From: Pseudomonas phage JB8
Strand: one strand, 5' to 3'
Sequence record: PQ473534.1
Length of the DNA: 47,273 nucleotides
The notes under the pieces are model-generated. The model had not been told where the DNA came from. It ran no database searches and was given only the letters and a program-made list of their open reading frames with translations. Made by a program: the position numbers and the translations under genes. Of the stretch, positions 27,554 to 36,557 are shown piece after piece (the stretch's first letter is position 1; every line of letters begins with the position of its first letter).

Positions 27554-29185
27554 TTAGTGTGTATCACGCCAGTTTGCACCAGCGATTGAATCTGATGCGA
27601 GCGGGATGTTCATCCCAAGAATCTCACCTGCTTTCTTCACGCACATGTCCATGAGTTCTCGTACACGTTTCACATCCCTAGGATGGACATCATACTGCCC
27701 CTCGTCGTGCATGTCAATAACTTTCAACGCATCCAGTCCCTCCTCTTGGATCGCTTCGTCCAGAAGGATCATTGCGTACTTCATCACCGTGGCACCTGCT
27801 CCTTGCAATAGCAAGTTCAATGCTTTGTGGGTCATCGGTCTACCCTTGGCATCCTTGCGGAGCCAAAGCTTCCGACCATCCAACCCAATGACATACCCTT
27901 GCTCGCCGTCTTCTTTGATCCTTTCGATCAGCTCTTTCAACAAAGGTAGAGATTCAAAGAACCTGTCCTTAATCTCCTTACCTTGGGCTCTCCCTCCCCC
28001 AATGATAGAACCAATCTTCTCGTCACCCGCACCGTACAGAAACGCATAGATAAATGTCTTCGCCGCGTCTCGGTTAGGTAGCCCAGCCATCCGCTGGTTA
28101 TACGAGTGGATATCACCCTCAAGAATCTGCTGGGTGTATGCAGGATCGTTAATGAAGTGGGCCAACATGCGGAGTTCTAGGCCGGCGCCGTCATACCCGA
28201 TAAACACCCTACGACCAGCGGGGACCCATACCTTATGGACTTCGCCTTTGCTATTAGCATTGGTCCCAGGTAGAGGTTCCACCCCACTGTGGTAGAAGAT
28301 GTATCCTCTCGGATTGTCCTTCTGGTCGCAGAAACCCGAACAGAAGATGGAACGGCACTGTGCGCCAAATAGAACATACTTAGCGGCCTTCGGGATGTTC
28401 ACTACACCCTTGTGCCGCATACGCATTGTTGGTGTGCCAATGGTGATCGCTTGGGCCTCAATGCGCCCATCATCACGCACAAGCTCCAACACACCTTTGA
28501 GCAACGATCTCCGGTGTGCATAGGTAAGGCGCTGTTTCAAGAGCAGACCAATCTCACCACCCTCGAACTTCTGGAGTGATTCTTCAGTCAGCTTGGCACC
28601 AGATGGCACCTTCTTCTTCTTGACGAGAAACTCTTTGACTTGGCGCTTGGTCATCTTACCTGGTTCCAACCCAAGGATTCTCATCTTGAGTCGACCCAGG
28701 CTAGACTTCTTGAGCCCAGCCATGTAGTTCTCTAGCGCGGCATCCAGTTCCTTTTGGTTCAATGGACGTTTGACGCTGGAGTGCATCGTAATGTCTTTGA
28801 ACTTCCAGGTATCAGGAACCCATCCAAGGTCGGCCAAATACTCTTTGATCGCCTCGGTCTTACCCATATCGAAGGGACGCCAAGAGACCCCACAGAAAGG
28901 ACCGTCGACTTGAAACTCAATACGCTCTGCGGCGAACCACTTGAGAACGTTAGCTTTAAGTACACCGGCTTTCGTGTAAGGCTCTGTAGCTGTGCAGCCC
29001 TTCTCCAGCATAAGCGGCATTTGAGGTACGGCTTGACGGTCTAAGGCGTTGATCTTCTCGTTCAAGATGTGGATATAGAATCCAGCCTTGACCTTATCAA
29101 CACGTACCCCATTATTCGCTTGCACGCTGATGATGGAAGCAACGGCTGTTTCACACAGGAACGCCTGCTTCCATGGGTCTGTCAT
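27554..29185 (-). CDS. DNA polymerase, family A, polymerase-domain part (part II of a split gene)
   Basis: Motif A IGYDGAGLELRMLAH, motif B RDAAKTFIYAFLYGAG, motif C VIDMHDEGQYD. Confidence 0.85.
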   Translation of the reverse strand: MTDPWKQAFLCETAVASIISVQANNGVRVDKVKAGFYIHILNEKINALDRQAVPQMPLMLEKGCTATEPYTKAGVLKANVLKWFAAERIEFQVDGPFCGVSWRPFDMGKTEAIKEYLADLGWVPDTWKFKDITMHSSVKRPLNQKELDAALENYMAGLKKSSLGRLKMRILGLEPGKMTKRQVKEFLVKKKKVPSGAKLTEESLQKFEGGEIGLLLKQRLTYAHRRSLLKGVLELVRDDGRIEAQAITIGTPTMRMRHKGVVNIPKAAKYVLFGAQCRSIFCSGFCDQKDNPRGYIFYHSGVEPLPGTNANSKGEVHKVWVPAGRRVFIGYDGAGLELRMLAHFINDPAYTQQILEGDIHSYNQRMAGLPNRDAAKTFIYAFLYGAGDEKIGSIIGGGRAQGKEIKDRFFESLPLLKELIERIKEDGEQGYVIGLDGRKLWLRKDAKGRPMTHKALNLLLQGAGATVMKYAMILLDEAIQEEGLDALKVIDMHDEGQYDVHPRDVKRVRELMDMCVKKAGEILGMNIPLASDSIAGANWRDTH

Positions 29186-29376
29186 TGCTGCTCGTCACCT
29201 GCAACTACTACAATCTTGGTAACATCTGTGTAGAGAGATACGGGGTGCGTCTCATTGTAATCTCGGTCGGGGTTGAAGACTCGATTACTGAAGATAATAG
29301 CACCTTGGTCCCGATAAAAGGTGTAAGCTTCTACCTCTTCGGTCCTTCCGTTACTAAACGTTACTTGATATCTCAT
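29182..29376 (-). CDS. hypothetical protein (64 aa) inside the polymerase split
   Basis: ORF. Confidence 0.35.
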   Translation of the reverse strand: MRYQVTFSNGRTEEVEAYTFYRDQGAIIFSNRVFNPDRDYNETHPVSLYTDVTKIVVVAGDEQQ

Positions 29377-29612
29377 TTCTTTTCTCCTCGACCATGGCTT
29401 TCCAAGAATTGCTTGGCGATATCAATGTCCGCTTTTACCTTGTCGGTGTGACGCACATAGAGCGAACCAACCAGGTGAAGGACTCGCCCGTAAGCGTCTT
29501 CAAGTTTTGCCAGAAGTTTATTACCATCGGCGACACCATTTTCCAGAGCATCAAGCTGCCGCTGGACCTTTGCTATTCGAGTTGACATCTTCATTTTCGA
29601 AGGCCCTCTCAA
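29373..29612 (-). CDS. hypothetical coiled-coil protein (79 aa) inside the polymerase split
   Basis: ORF; overlaps the HAD gene's 3' end. Confidence 0.35.
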   Translation of the reverse strand: MRGPSKMKMSTRIAKVQRQLDALENGVADGNKLLAKLEDAYGRVLHLVGSLYVRHTDKVKADIDIAKQFLESHGRGEKK

Positions 29613-30039
29613 GAAGTTTAAGTTTGGAATACGCTGGGTTCAGAACTGCCCAGGTGGTTTCTATTCTTCCGTGCTCATTCTCACAGAGCATTTCGTCCTT
29701 GTCGTAATCCTTGGCATTCTCCACGAAACGTGGCTTGCGCTGCAAGGTAAACAGGACGCTGGCCGGATTGTCATCTATCCAAATGTCCGCCGGATAGCAA
29801 TCCCGTTTGGCTTGTCCAGAGCAATAGATGATGGGTAGTCGGAAGCCCCACTTAGCAAAGGTTTCCTCGACGTCATTCCACACATCATTCCTGCTCCATC
29901 CTGTTGCGTCCTGTTGGGGTGGAACCCTCCAGGTGACAATTGCAACTTCATGACCTGAGTCGAGGAATGCTTTAACCACATTGAGGAAAGCGTCGGTATC
30001 CTCACTCACGGTTCCATCCCAATCAAGACCGATCTTCAT
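29551..30039 (-). CDS. HAD-superfamily phosphatase-like protein
   Basis: N-terminal MKIGLDWDGTV carries the DxDGT HAD motif I. 162 aa. Confidence 0.5.
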   Translation of the reverse strand: MKIGLDWDGTVSEDTDAFLNVVKAFLDSGHEVAIVTWRVPPQQDATGWSRNDVWNDVEETFAKWGFRLPIIYCSGQAKRDCYPADIWIDDNPASVLFTLQRKPRFVENAKDYDKDEMLCENEHGRIETTWAVLNPAYSKLKLLERAFENEDVNSNSKGPAAA

Positions 30040-30339
30040 TTATTTCTTCCTTTTTCCTTTGGCTTTACGATCTCCCACACGCCCACCATCAGAAGCATTG
30101 GAAGAAAGAGAGCGGACACGCAGATTTGACAGATCGTTACTCCCACCGTCTTTAATACGATGTTCGTGGTCGACCACCTCGGTAGGACGCAGTTTTCGTC
30201 CAAGTTGTTTCTCTTTCTTTCGGCGCGCTCTATGTCTTTGAGCGTCTCCGCTATTGGACCCAACACCAGTCTCGCCGCGTCGGATAGCAAGTTCTCGTTC
30301 ACGTTTATAGTCCCGCTTACGCCGCTTCACTTTCGCCAT
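30040..30339 (-). CDS. HNH endonuclease (free-standing, homing-type)
   Basis: VVDHEHRIKDGGSNDLSNLRV is the classic HNH core. Start taken at the ATG at 30339 (MAKVKRRKR); the track start at 30366 is TTG. Confidence 0.65.
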   Translation of the reverse strand: MAKVKRRKRDYKRERELAIRRGETGVGSNSGDAQRHRARRKKEKQLGRKLRPTEVVDHEHRIKDGGSNDLSNLRVRSLSSNASDGGRVGDRKAKGKRKK

Positions 30340-30628
30340 CGGTTTTACCCTTCGGTTCGATTTCAATCTTGATGGGGGAGATCTTGATGAAGCCCCCGTT
30401 GTTCAGACCAGCTTGGACGATATCCTTGTAGAAACCACGGATATTCGCCTTCACCAAACCTAGAAGGAACTCTTCACCTTCCAGATTCTTGAGGTGAGAG
30501 ATCGCCGGATCGTCGTCGAACTCACCAGCTTTGATCTTCTGGAGTGTGTTCTCCAACTCGGCCTTGTCCTCCTCACGAAGAACAGCGGTCATGTTGAAGT
30601 TCATGTTGATTTTGAAAGATTGGCTCAT
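30317..30628 (-). CDS. hypothetical protein (103 aa) inside the polymerase split
   Basis: ORF with ATGA overlap onto the exonuclease-part stop. My hand count of the displayed line 30541-30628 disagrees by one nucleotide with the track frame, so the coordinates are taken from the track. Confidence 0.35.
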   Translation of the reverse strand: MSQSFKINMNFNMTAVLREEDKAELENTLQKIKAGEFDDDPAISHLKNLEGEEFLLGLVKANIRGFYKDIVQAGLNNGGFIKISPIKIEIEPKGKTDGESEAA

Positions 30629-31164
30629 TTTACTATCTCCAAGTCGCCTCGACGGATTGCCTCGGCTAGACGTTTCAGTTCTCTTGCATCTACTCCAAAC
30701 CAGTCAGCCCAACCTAGGCGATGCAAGAAGTAGAGGAACAAGACGGCGTTTACACGGACGTCCTGGGCGCAATACTCCAACATTTCCTTGGTGAATACGG
30801 ACCAGTCTGCTGTTTTACCGAAGGCATCCTTGTGGAACTTGAGGTAATAACCCCAGTACTCCAGAGAGTGGGCCTTCCGTTCCGGGTTTAGAAGTCGGCT
30901 AAGAACCAACGTATCAAAGCAAAAGCCAGGAAACTCAAACCCGAAGAGCTTCCTGAGTGCAAGTAGGTCGAACCCTTTAAAGTTATGTCCAACAACGCAG
31001 CACGAAGCCGCAAGCTGGTCCAGGTAACCCTGGATTTCATCTGGTCCATACCTATACTCCTTGAGTTCGAACGGATTGATATGTACCCCACAGTGCATCG
31101 TGGTGATCTTGTACAAGAGGTTGTTACCCTCAATGTCAGATACCAGAGTCCCATGCGGGTTCAT
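30625..31164 (-). CDS. DNA polymerase 3'-5' exonuclease-domain part (part I of the split gene)
   Basis: TLVSDIEGNNLLYKITTMHCGV aligns with the T7 gp5 N-terminus MIVSDIEANALLESVTKFHCGV (Exo I). HNFKGFDLLAL is Exo II-like and EYCAQDVRVNA is Exo III-like. Start placed at the ATG at 31164 (GGAG RBS). Confidence 0.7.
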   Translation of the reverse strand: MNPHGTLVSDIEGNNLLYKITTMHCGVHINPFELKEYRYGPDEIQGYLDQLAASCCVVGHNFKGFDLLALRKLFGFEFPGFCFDTLVLSRLLNPERKAHSLEYWGYYLKFHKDAFGKTADWSVFTKEMLEYCAQDVRVNAVLFLYFLHRLGWADWFGVDARELKRLAEAIRRGDLEIVK

Positions 31165-32851
31165 TGTCTTCTCCATCCATTGGAATGCCGGAGAAGTTCT
31201 CTTCAAGTCGTCCGGTGTCAGGATTGTAGATGGTGTTAATAAAGCCAGTTCTCCCATTCTCTCGGTCCTTTAGAACTCGGATCTTGCTGCAATGCTTCAA
31301 CTCTCCCTCTGCGTACAAGTTCCGTTCGAACCCAAGCATGACGTTAGACCAACGCTGCAAAGCCCTTGAACCAGTGAACTGAACAGGACGAACCTCTCCA
31401 CCCTCCTCGTGGCTTGGGCCACTGGCTGGGGGATTCAGGTGCGAGAACACAATGATTGTCACGTTTAGTTCATCCGCTAGGCCATGCGCCTCAGTGGCGA
31501 TACGAGCAATCTCAGTGTTTTGTTCGGTTGAGTTAAGGGTATTCACTAGGGTGGTTACGTTGTCCACGAAGAACAGCTTAACCCCCATGACCACAGCGAA
31601 GTACCTAATACATGCTGCTACGTTATCCCAATTGTTCTCACCTTTGTTCTTCCAGAGGTGGAGCATTCCTTCGAGATCATACTCAGCGATAATCTGCTGG
31701 AGCAAGTCCTCTTCCAGTTGGGAGTTTTTACCAATCGGGATTCCACTAAGGGCAGTCGCCAGGTTGGTTAGGGTTTTACCAATCCTCTCCTCCATGTGGA
31801 ACATGGCCACTGGGACCTTATGCACCTTGATGAAGTGAGAACTGATCGCATGGCTCAGAAGAGTCTTACCGATACCGGCGCCCCCTCCGATAGACCATAG
31901 CTCTCCCCAACGTAGCTCTATGAGCTGATTGAGCCCATCCCACGGAAGGGTGAAACCCAGTGGGGCTGACTCTCGTGCGTCTTTCAGTGCATCCTGCACC
32001 GTAGCTGCACCATCGGGAGACTTGACACGGGCTCCCCAAAGAAGTGTTCTAAACAACTCTTTGTTTCGCCCAGCCATCAACATGTCGTTCGCGTCCTTTA
32101 GGGTTGTACAAACCCCTTTCAGACTCGGCAACAAAGATCGACCGCGTTGGTATGACTCCATACCTGCTTGATCGTTGTCGTAGACGTAGATTATCTCGTT
32201 GAATTTAGACACAATGTCCTTATCAATAAGATATTGCAGGGTATCTACGATAGACCCGCTGCCCGAAGACAGCCCCAGACAGGCTGGGTGCATGTGGGTA
32301 AATCCTTCTTTGGCGAACTCTTTGAGCACCTTGTACCCACTCATGGCACTCAGTTCATCCTCGAAGATGAACAGCTTCTCTGTCCGAACGTTCTTGTTAT
32401 TTAGGGTGTCTATCCCAAAAGGTAATCCCTTAGGTCCTACTGAGTAAAACCCCTTTGGATCGACGACCCTAACGTTGTACCGGCAGATCGTACCATCTGC
32501 GCTGAAGCGGGGGTAGTAATGCTCGGTAATTGTTTGGCCATCACGAGTGGATAGACCAACGCGGACACCGTAATACTCGCACACCCAATCAGGTATGCGA
32601 CGAGAGTCCAACGTTCGGATCGGGTACTGCCCAATCTCTTCCAGACGTTCCTTAAGTTCATCTTTATCCCATTCCTTTTTCTTGTTAAGGTCGACCTTGG
32701 AGGCGTCCTTCTCGTAGTGTCCACATTTCGGGCACTTTGCGAAGTGCTCACCGTCCTCTCCCTCGAAGAGGATCAGGTGGTTGCCTTTAGAGTCTCGCCC
32801 CATGGATCTGCAATTAGGGCAGGGGGCGTCACCAATAATCTTCTTACTCAC
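31136..32851 (-). CDS. bifunctional primase-helicase (T7 gp4-like)
   Basis: N-terminal zinc finger CPNCRS...CPKCGH. TOPRIM motifs FEDELSAMS and VYDNDQAG. Helicase Walker A GGGAGIGKT. Confidence 0.85.
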   Translation of the reverse strand: MSKKIIGDAPCPNCRSMGRDSKGNHLILFEGEDGEHFAKCPKCGHYEKDASKVDLNKKKEWDKDELKERLEEIGQYPIRTLDSRRIPDWVCEYYGVRVGLSTRDGQTITEHYYPRFSADGTICRYNVRVVDPKGFYSVGPKGLPFGIDTLNNKNVRTEKLFIFEDELSAMSGYKVLKEFAKEGFTHMHPACLGLSSGSGSIVDTLQYLIDKDIVSKFNEIIYVYDNDQAGMESYQRGRSLLPSLKGVCTTLKDANDMLMAGRNKELFRTLLWGARVKSPDGAATVQDALKDARESAPLGFTLPWDGLNQLIELRWGELWSIGGGAGIGKTLLSHAISSHFIKVHKVPVAMFHMEERIGKTLTNLATALSGIPIGKNSQLEEDLLQQIIAEYDLEGMLHLWKNKGENNWDNVAACIRYFAVVMGVKLFFVDNVTTLVNTLNSTEQNTEIARIATEAHGLADELNVTIIVFSHLNPPASGPSHEEGGEVRPVQFTGSRALQRWSNVMLGFERNLYAEGELKHCSKIRVLKDRENGRTGFINTIYNPDTGRLEENFSGIPMDGEDNEPAWDSGI

Positions 32852-33091
32852 TTAGATCTTTTTCAGATCGGCTTTTTCGTACTTGGCTTCGAGGGCTGCC
32901 ATCTGAGCACGAACGGAGTCGATACGTTTTTGAAGGAGGGCTTTATAGCCATCGCCGTATTCGTCTTCGGTCTGCTTCTGGACCAGCAACATTTTGAGGG
33001 ACTTCTCACAAGCCTGGTATTGACTTGCGTCTCGGTATGTCTCCTTGGAGAAACCGAGTTTGTAGACATTTACGTCTTCTGGTAGGTTCAT
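32852..33091 (-). CDS. hypothetical protein (79 aa)
   Basis: ORF immediately upstream of the primase-helicase; GAGGTAACA RBS. Confidence 0.45.
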   Translation of the reverse strand: MNLPEDVNVYKLGFSKETYRDASQYQACEKSLKMLLVQKQTEDEYGDGYKALLQKRIDSVRAQMAALEAKYEKADLKKI

Positions 33092-33149
33092 TGTGTTACC
33101 TCTTTATGCCAAGACCCACAGCGCCAAAAGGCATACCTGCAAGAATGCC

Positions 33150-33178
33150 AGTATACCAATTGGCGGGACACATAGCAA
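33150..33178 (-). promoter_or_regulatory. sigma70-like promoter on the minus strand: TTGCTA (33178-33173), 17-nt spacer, TATACT (33155-33150)
   Basis: Read on the reverse complement. Lies between the GGCT-fold gene and the replication genes. Confidence 0.3.
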
Positions 33179-33183
33179 GCTTA

Positions 33184-33288
33184 TTAGCTCGCGCATTTGC
33201 GCAGAAGCTCTTGCAGCAACCTGGGGCACAGGATGCGGCTATGTGCAGAGTAGAGTTGTTTGATTGCCTCTTGTTTATCCTTTGTCAT
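33184..33288 (-). CDS. small ORF (34 aa) MTKDKQEAIKQLYSAHSRILCPRLLQELLRKCAS; not in the ORF track
   Basis: GAGGA RBS 8 nt before the ATG. Begins 11 nt after the GGCT-fold gene's stop and ends just before the promoter. Confidence 0.2.
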   Translation of the reverse strand: MTKDKQEAIKQLYSAHSRILCPRLLQELLRKCAS

Positions 33289-33299
33289 GACCTTTATCC

Positions 33300-33716
33300 T
33301 CAGTAGTAACGGTTGTTGTGACGACGAGAGAAGACGTAATCTACCCAGTCGCCATTTTCTACGACTTCTTGTGAACGGTTGCCACCGTACTCGCCACCAT
33401 CTTCGATGTGGTAGATCAGAGCGACCTGGCCGTCTTCGGTTTCGATCTCACTGCGGTTGTAAAAATTATCTTCATCCTCGCCCCGATAGCCCTCCAGGCT
33501 GTTGAGACGATCCAGGGTTTTATCATCTACTTCGTATACCTCAATCACAATCGGGCATACGGGTTCAGAGTTAAGTGCGACACGAGGAAACCCACCAAGG
33601 CTATACATCTTGTATGGCCGTTTGGTTCGAGTCCGACTGAGCATCACCGAACCATCCAGCAGACGATTATTACCCATACCATACCGCAGGGAACCATAGA
33701 CAGCTACTTTTGTCAT
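33300..33716 (-). CDS. gamma-glutamyl cyclotransferase / AIG2-fold protein
   Basis: Start at the ATG at 33716 (AAGGAG RBS). VAVYGSLRYGMGNNRLL is the YGSL motif, and a conserved Glu is present in LNSLEGYRGEDE. 138 aa. Confidence 0.65.
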   Translation of the reverse strand: MTKVAVYGSLRYGMGNNRLLDGSVMLSRTRTKRPYKMYSLGGFPRVALNSEPVCPIVIEVYEVDDKTLDRLNSLEGYRGEDEDNFYNRSEIETEDGQVALIYHIEDGGEYGGNRSQEVVENGDWVDYVFSRRHNNRYY

Positions 33717-33726
33717 CGTTTTCTCC

Positions 33727-34674
33727 TTAAGCGTCATAATCATCATCATCGAAATCATCGCTGTCGTCGTCGGCGACGTTCTCGTGAGCATAGTCAGGAA
33801 GTTTTACTTTGATCTCTTTGTTATCTTTCGAGACCAACCCCTGATGCGGTGGCTTTTTCCAACCCAAAGAGGCCAGTTCTCGCTGGGCCTCGTTGATGGC
33901 ATCTGCATAAAACTCGCAGGTTGTTCCCTCCAAACCTGGAGCAGTGTTCACTTCGAGAACAACGGAACCTTCGGCATGTTTGTCCATTTCGATCAGGTCA
34001 ACTGCGCCGAAGTCCAGACCGAGCGCCTTGATGGCCCCAACCGCAGCGTCTACTGTGACGTCTCGCGGCTTCTGGATGTTGGCTTCTTCGTGAGCGAACA
34101 CCCAACCACCGTCCAAGTTACGAACCAGGTTGGTATAGTTCTCGTTCTCTTGGAACCCACGGCGGCGGAGTTTCTGCTGGATGAAGATCCGTCGGGTTGA
34201 ACCAACGCCGAACACGTGGATTCGGTACTCCCGGCGCTTACCCTTCATCCCCATCGTGTAAAGGGGAGCATCGGGTAGGGTTGAGTTGGCACCTTCGATT
34301 ACTTCGATACCTTCCCCGGCAGAGGAACGCAGAAGTTTTCGAACATAGATTCGTTCCCCTTTGATCAGCCAATCACGAGCAACGTTGATATCGTTGGTGA
34401 ATTTGGGAATCGGAACCCCTGCTTCTTCCAAAGCCACGAAACACTTCAGCTTGTTCAGACAGGTATCCGAAGATTTATCGTTGAGGATAACTCGGCTGTG
34501 CTGAATCACTGAATTATCCAGTTCGAAACATCCCCACTTGATCGCCAGATCACGGCGATATGCGCCTACTGAGTTGCGCACTTTGAATACCCGGTGGTTC
34601 TTACTTACCAGGGAGTTTTTCAGATTGACTGCACCTTGGGAAGGACCATTGGTGACGATTCGGATAGTACTCAT
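33727..34674 (-). CDS. ATP-grasp ligase (RimK / glutathione-synthetase-like)
   Basis: 315 aa. C-terminal GLDFGAVDLIEMDKHAEGSVVLEVNTAPGLEG (the E.N metal-binding motif of ATP-grasp enzymes). Acidic C-terminal tail. Confidence 0.6.
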   Translation of the reverse strand: MSTIRIVTNGPSQGAVNLKNSLVSKNHRVFKVRNSVGAYRRDLAIKWGCFELDNSVIQHSRVILNDKSSDTCLNKLKCFVALEEAGVPIPKFTNDINVARDWLIKGERIYVRKLLRSSAGEGIEVIEGANSTLPDAPLYTMGMKGKRREYRIHVFGVGSTRRIFIQQKLRRRGFQENENYTNLVRNLDGGWVFAHEEANIQKPRDVTVDAAVGAIKALGLDFGAVDLIEMDKHAEGSVVLEVNTAPGLEGTTCEFYADAINEAQRELASLGWKKPPHQGLVSKDNKEIKVKLPDYAHENVADDDSDDFDDDDYDA

Positions 34675-34679
34675 TTCGT

Positions 34680-34922
34680 TTACCTCTTCTCGTTGAAATC
34701 ACTGGGCAAAGCTTCGGCTGCCTCGTGGATAATTCGTTGAATCAGAGTCGGGAACGGCAACTCAACATCAAATCCCCGCTCTTCCGACTCTTGTTTTTCA
34801 TGGTAGGCTCGGAGAATCCGAAGTTCATCGCAGGTCTTCTCGGTCATCGGAACCTTACGAACAACCACGATTTCACTATCAGGAATCCGGACTACGGTAG
34901 CTAGTACTTCTTTATTAGCCAT
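34680..34922 (-). CDS. hypothetical protein (80 aa)
   Basis: Start trimmed to the ATG at 34922 (AAGGA RBS), right after the amidotransferase gene's stop. Confidence 0.4.
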   Translation of the reverse strand: MANKEVLATVVRIPDSEIVVVRKVPMTEKTCDELRILRAYHEKQESEERGFDVELPFPTLIQRIIHEAAEALPSDFNEKR

Positions 34923-34926
34923 TGTT

Positions 34927-36534
34927 TTATTCCTTATTTTGATCCCCATGCTTGATGGCATAGGCAGCATCGATTTCCTCTACATACTGCACCATTTCTC
35001 GATGGCAGCGTTTGGAGCACGACAGATAGTTGTTGAGGCGAGCAACCTCTTCATCAACATGTTGGAGTAAGAACATGGTTCTCGGCGAACGGTTGGTCAA
35101 CCACTTACCACAATTGGCACAGCAGTTCTTGTTCTCCTCCATTACATCCCGCCACCGGGAGACAGGGTACTCTTCATTAGCAAGAACAATCATTGTCCCG
35201 GTTTTGTCGACATTGCGAGCCGCATTTTTATCGACTTGATTTTCCTTCTTTTTGATCTCAGCCTTACGGGCCTCGATTTGTGGCTCGGTCCAATAGGAGA
35301 AATAAGATCTTCCGGTGATCCTCTCCTTTTGGAGGGAGAACAGGCTCATTTGGTGTTTACCACCATCCGTGTTCGGGCAGATGATCTCTTCGATCGTATA
35401 GTCAGTTACATCCATGACCGACCCGATCTGTCCATACACGAACTTTCCAATGTCCTCTTCAGTGAGGGTGCTTGCTGTGCTGTTCTGGTGGCAATAGCAG
35501 TGGAACCGGTGGGGAATCCCCTCCATATCCATGTACTCGAACAGAGCAATCGGAATAGTTTTCCTTTCAGTATATCTGCTGATCGGCTCGATACTACCAA
35601 TGTATTTAACTTCCAAATACGAGTTAGTATCAGCAGTTGGAATAAACGTCTGGATGACCTTATCCTGACGTACCAACTCTGGAGACCTGGTGTACGTTGT
35701 CCGAGTTACTCCAGTATTACATGATCTGGAATAATTCCCCCAGTTGTCGTAACCGGACCCTCCATAGGAAATTACTGGAAAATCCGGCAGGGTCTTCCGT
35801 GCTAGACGTGGAAGAGGCATCGCTCGGGACTTGTCTTCGAATTCGAAAGACAGATGCGTTCCAACGGTCAGTTGGTAAATCTGCTGCACATCCACACCAT
35901 CCTCTTTTACGACTTCGAACTTGAGGCTTTTGTGCCGGTTAACCAACCAACGGAGCATTCCCATTTCGCTTGCCCACACCCAGCACCCGTTGGTGAGCTT
36001 GGCGATGGCCAAAGGACGCTCATCGTTACGGATGAAGTTGAGGGTGTTATCTTTTCGGCTGTACCACACCAGGGCAAAGGCTCCGTTCAGCTTCTCCAGG
36101 GTGTTATCCAAACCGTTCTTGTTCATGTGGTAGAAAATGTTTTCACTATCTACCGCAAAGTTCTTGTGATCCTCCAATAGAGACTGCTGACGCAGGCTGC
36201 CATTGTGAACACCGACGATATCCCCGCTGACAAACGGGTGGGCGTACTCATCCTTCGCCTTGTCTCCGGATGTTGCGAATCGGTTGTGTCCGATGTAGAT
36301 GTTGAAGTTGTGCTTCGGAAGAAACAGGTTATCCATCTGTTCTTTTAGCTCTAAGAACAACGGCGATGGAATGGCCTTCTTTTCAACCGTTAAGCTGTTG
36401 TCGAAGGTGTCAATGGCTGCTACGCCGGTGGCGTGAGCCCCACGAATTACATCATGGAGGAGCAGACTTTGAAAGAACTCTTTCATCTGCACAGACATTG
36501 GCCCTGGACTTGCTACGCCTACGATTCCACACAT
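34927..36534 (-). CDS. class-II glutamine amidotransferase / Ntn-hydrolase domain fused to a ~300-aa C-terminal region with a zinc ribbon
   Basis: Begins MCGIVGV (catalytic Cys2 after Met removal). RGAHATG and HNRFATSG follow, like HxRxAT in PurF/GlmS/AsnB. C-terminus carries CCANCGKW...CSKRCH. Confidence 0.7.
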   Translation of the reverse strand: MCGIVGVASPGPMSVQMKEFFQSLLLHDVIRGAHATGVAAIDTFDNSLTVEKKAIPSPLFLELKEQMDNLFLPKHNFNIYIGHNRFATSGDKAKDEYAHPFVSGDIVGVHNGSLRQQSLLEDHKNFAVDSENIFYHMNKNGLDNTLEKLNGAFALVWYSRKDNTLNFIRNDERPLAIAKLTNGCWVWASEMGMLRWLVNRHKSLKFEVVKEDGVDVQQIYQLTVGTHLSFEFEDKSRAMPLPRLARKTLPDFPVISYGGSGYDNWGNYSRSCNTGVTRTTYTRSPELVRQDKVIQTFIPTADTNSYLEVKYIGSIEPISRYTERKTIPIALFEYMDMEGIPHRFHCYCHQNSTASTLTEEDIGKFVYGQIGSVMDVTDYTIEEIICPNTDGGKHQMSLFSLQKERITGRSYFSYWTEPQIEARKAEIKKKENQVDKNAARNVDKTGTMIVLANEEYPVSRWRDVMEENKNCCANCGKWLTNRSPRTMFLLQHVDEEVARLNNYLSCSKRCHREMVQYVEEIDAAYAIKHGDQNKE

Positions 36535-36557
36535 TGGTTATTCTCCTCTATGATCCT

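Noticed and set aside
29185-30625. Group I intron or intein as the cause of the polymerase split
   Set aside because: The 1.4-kb gap is completely filled by five ORFs with RBSs and overlaps, leaving no room for a structured intron core. Neither pol half has intein-like Cys/Ser...HN boundaries. Interpreted as a free-standing HNH cassette insertion, though only RNA data could fully exclude splicing.
33605-33625. tRNA T-arm-like GGTTCGAGTCC
   Set aside because: Lies inside the GGCT-fold coding sequence with no acceptor or anticodon arm context. I found no convincing tRNA anywhere in the window, including the non-coding ends.
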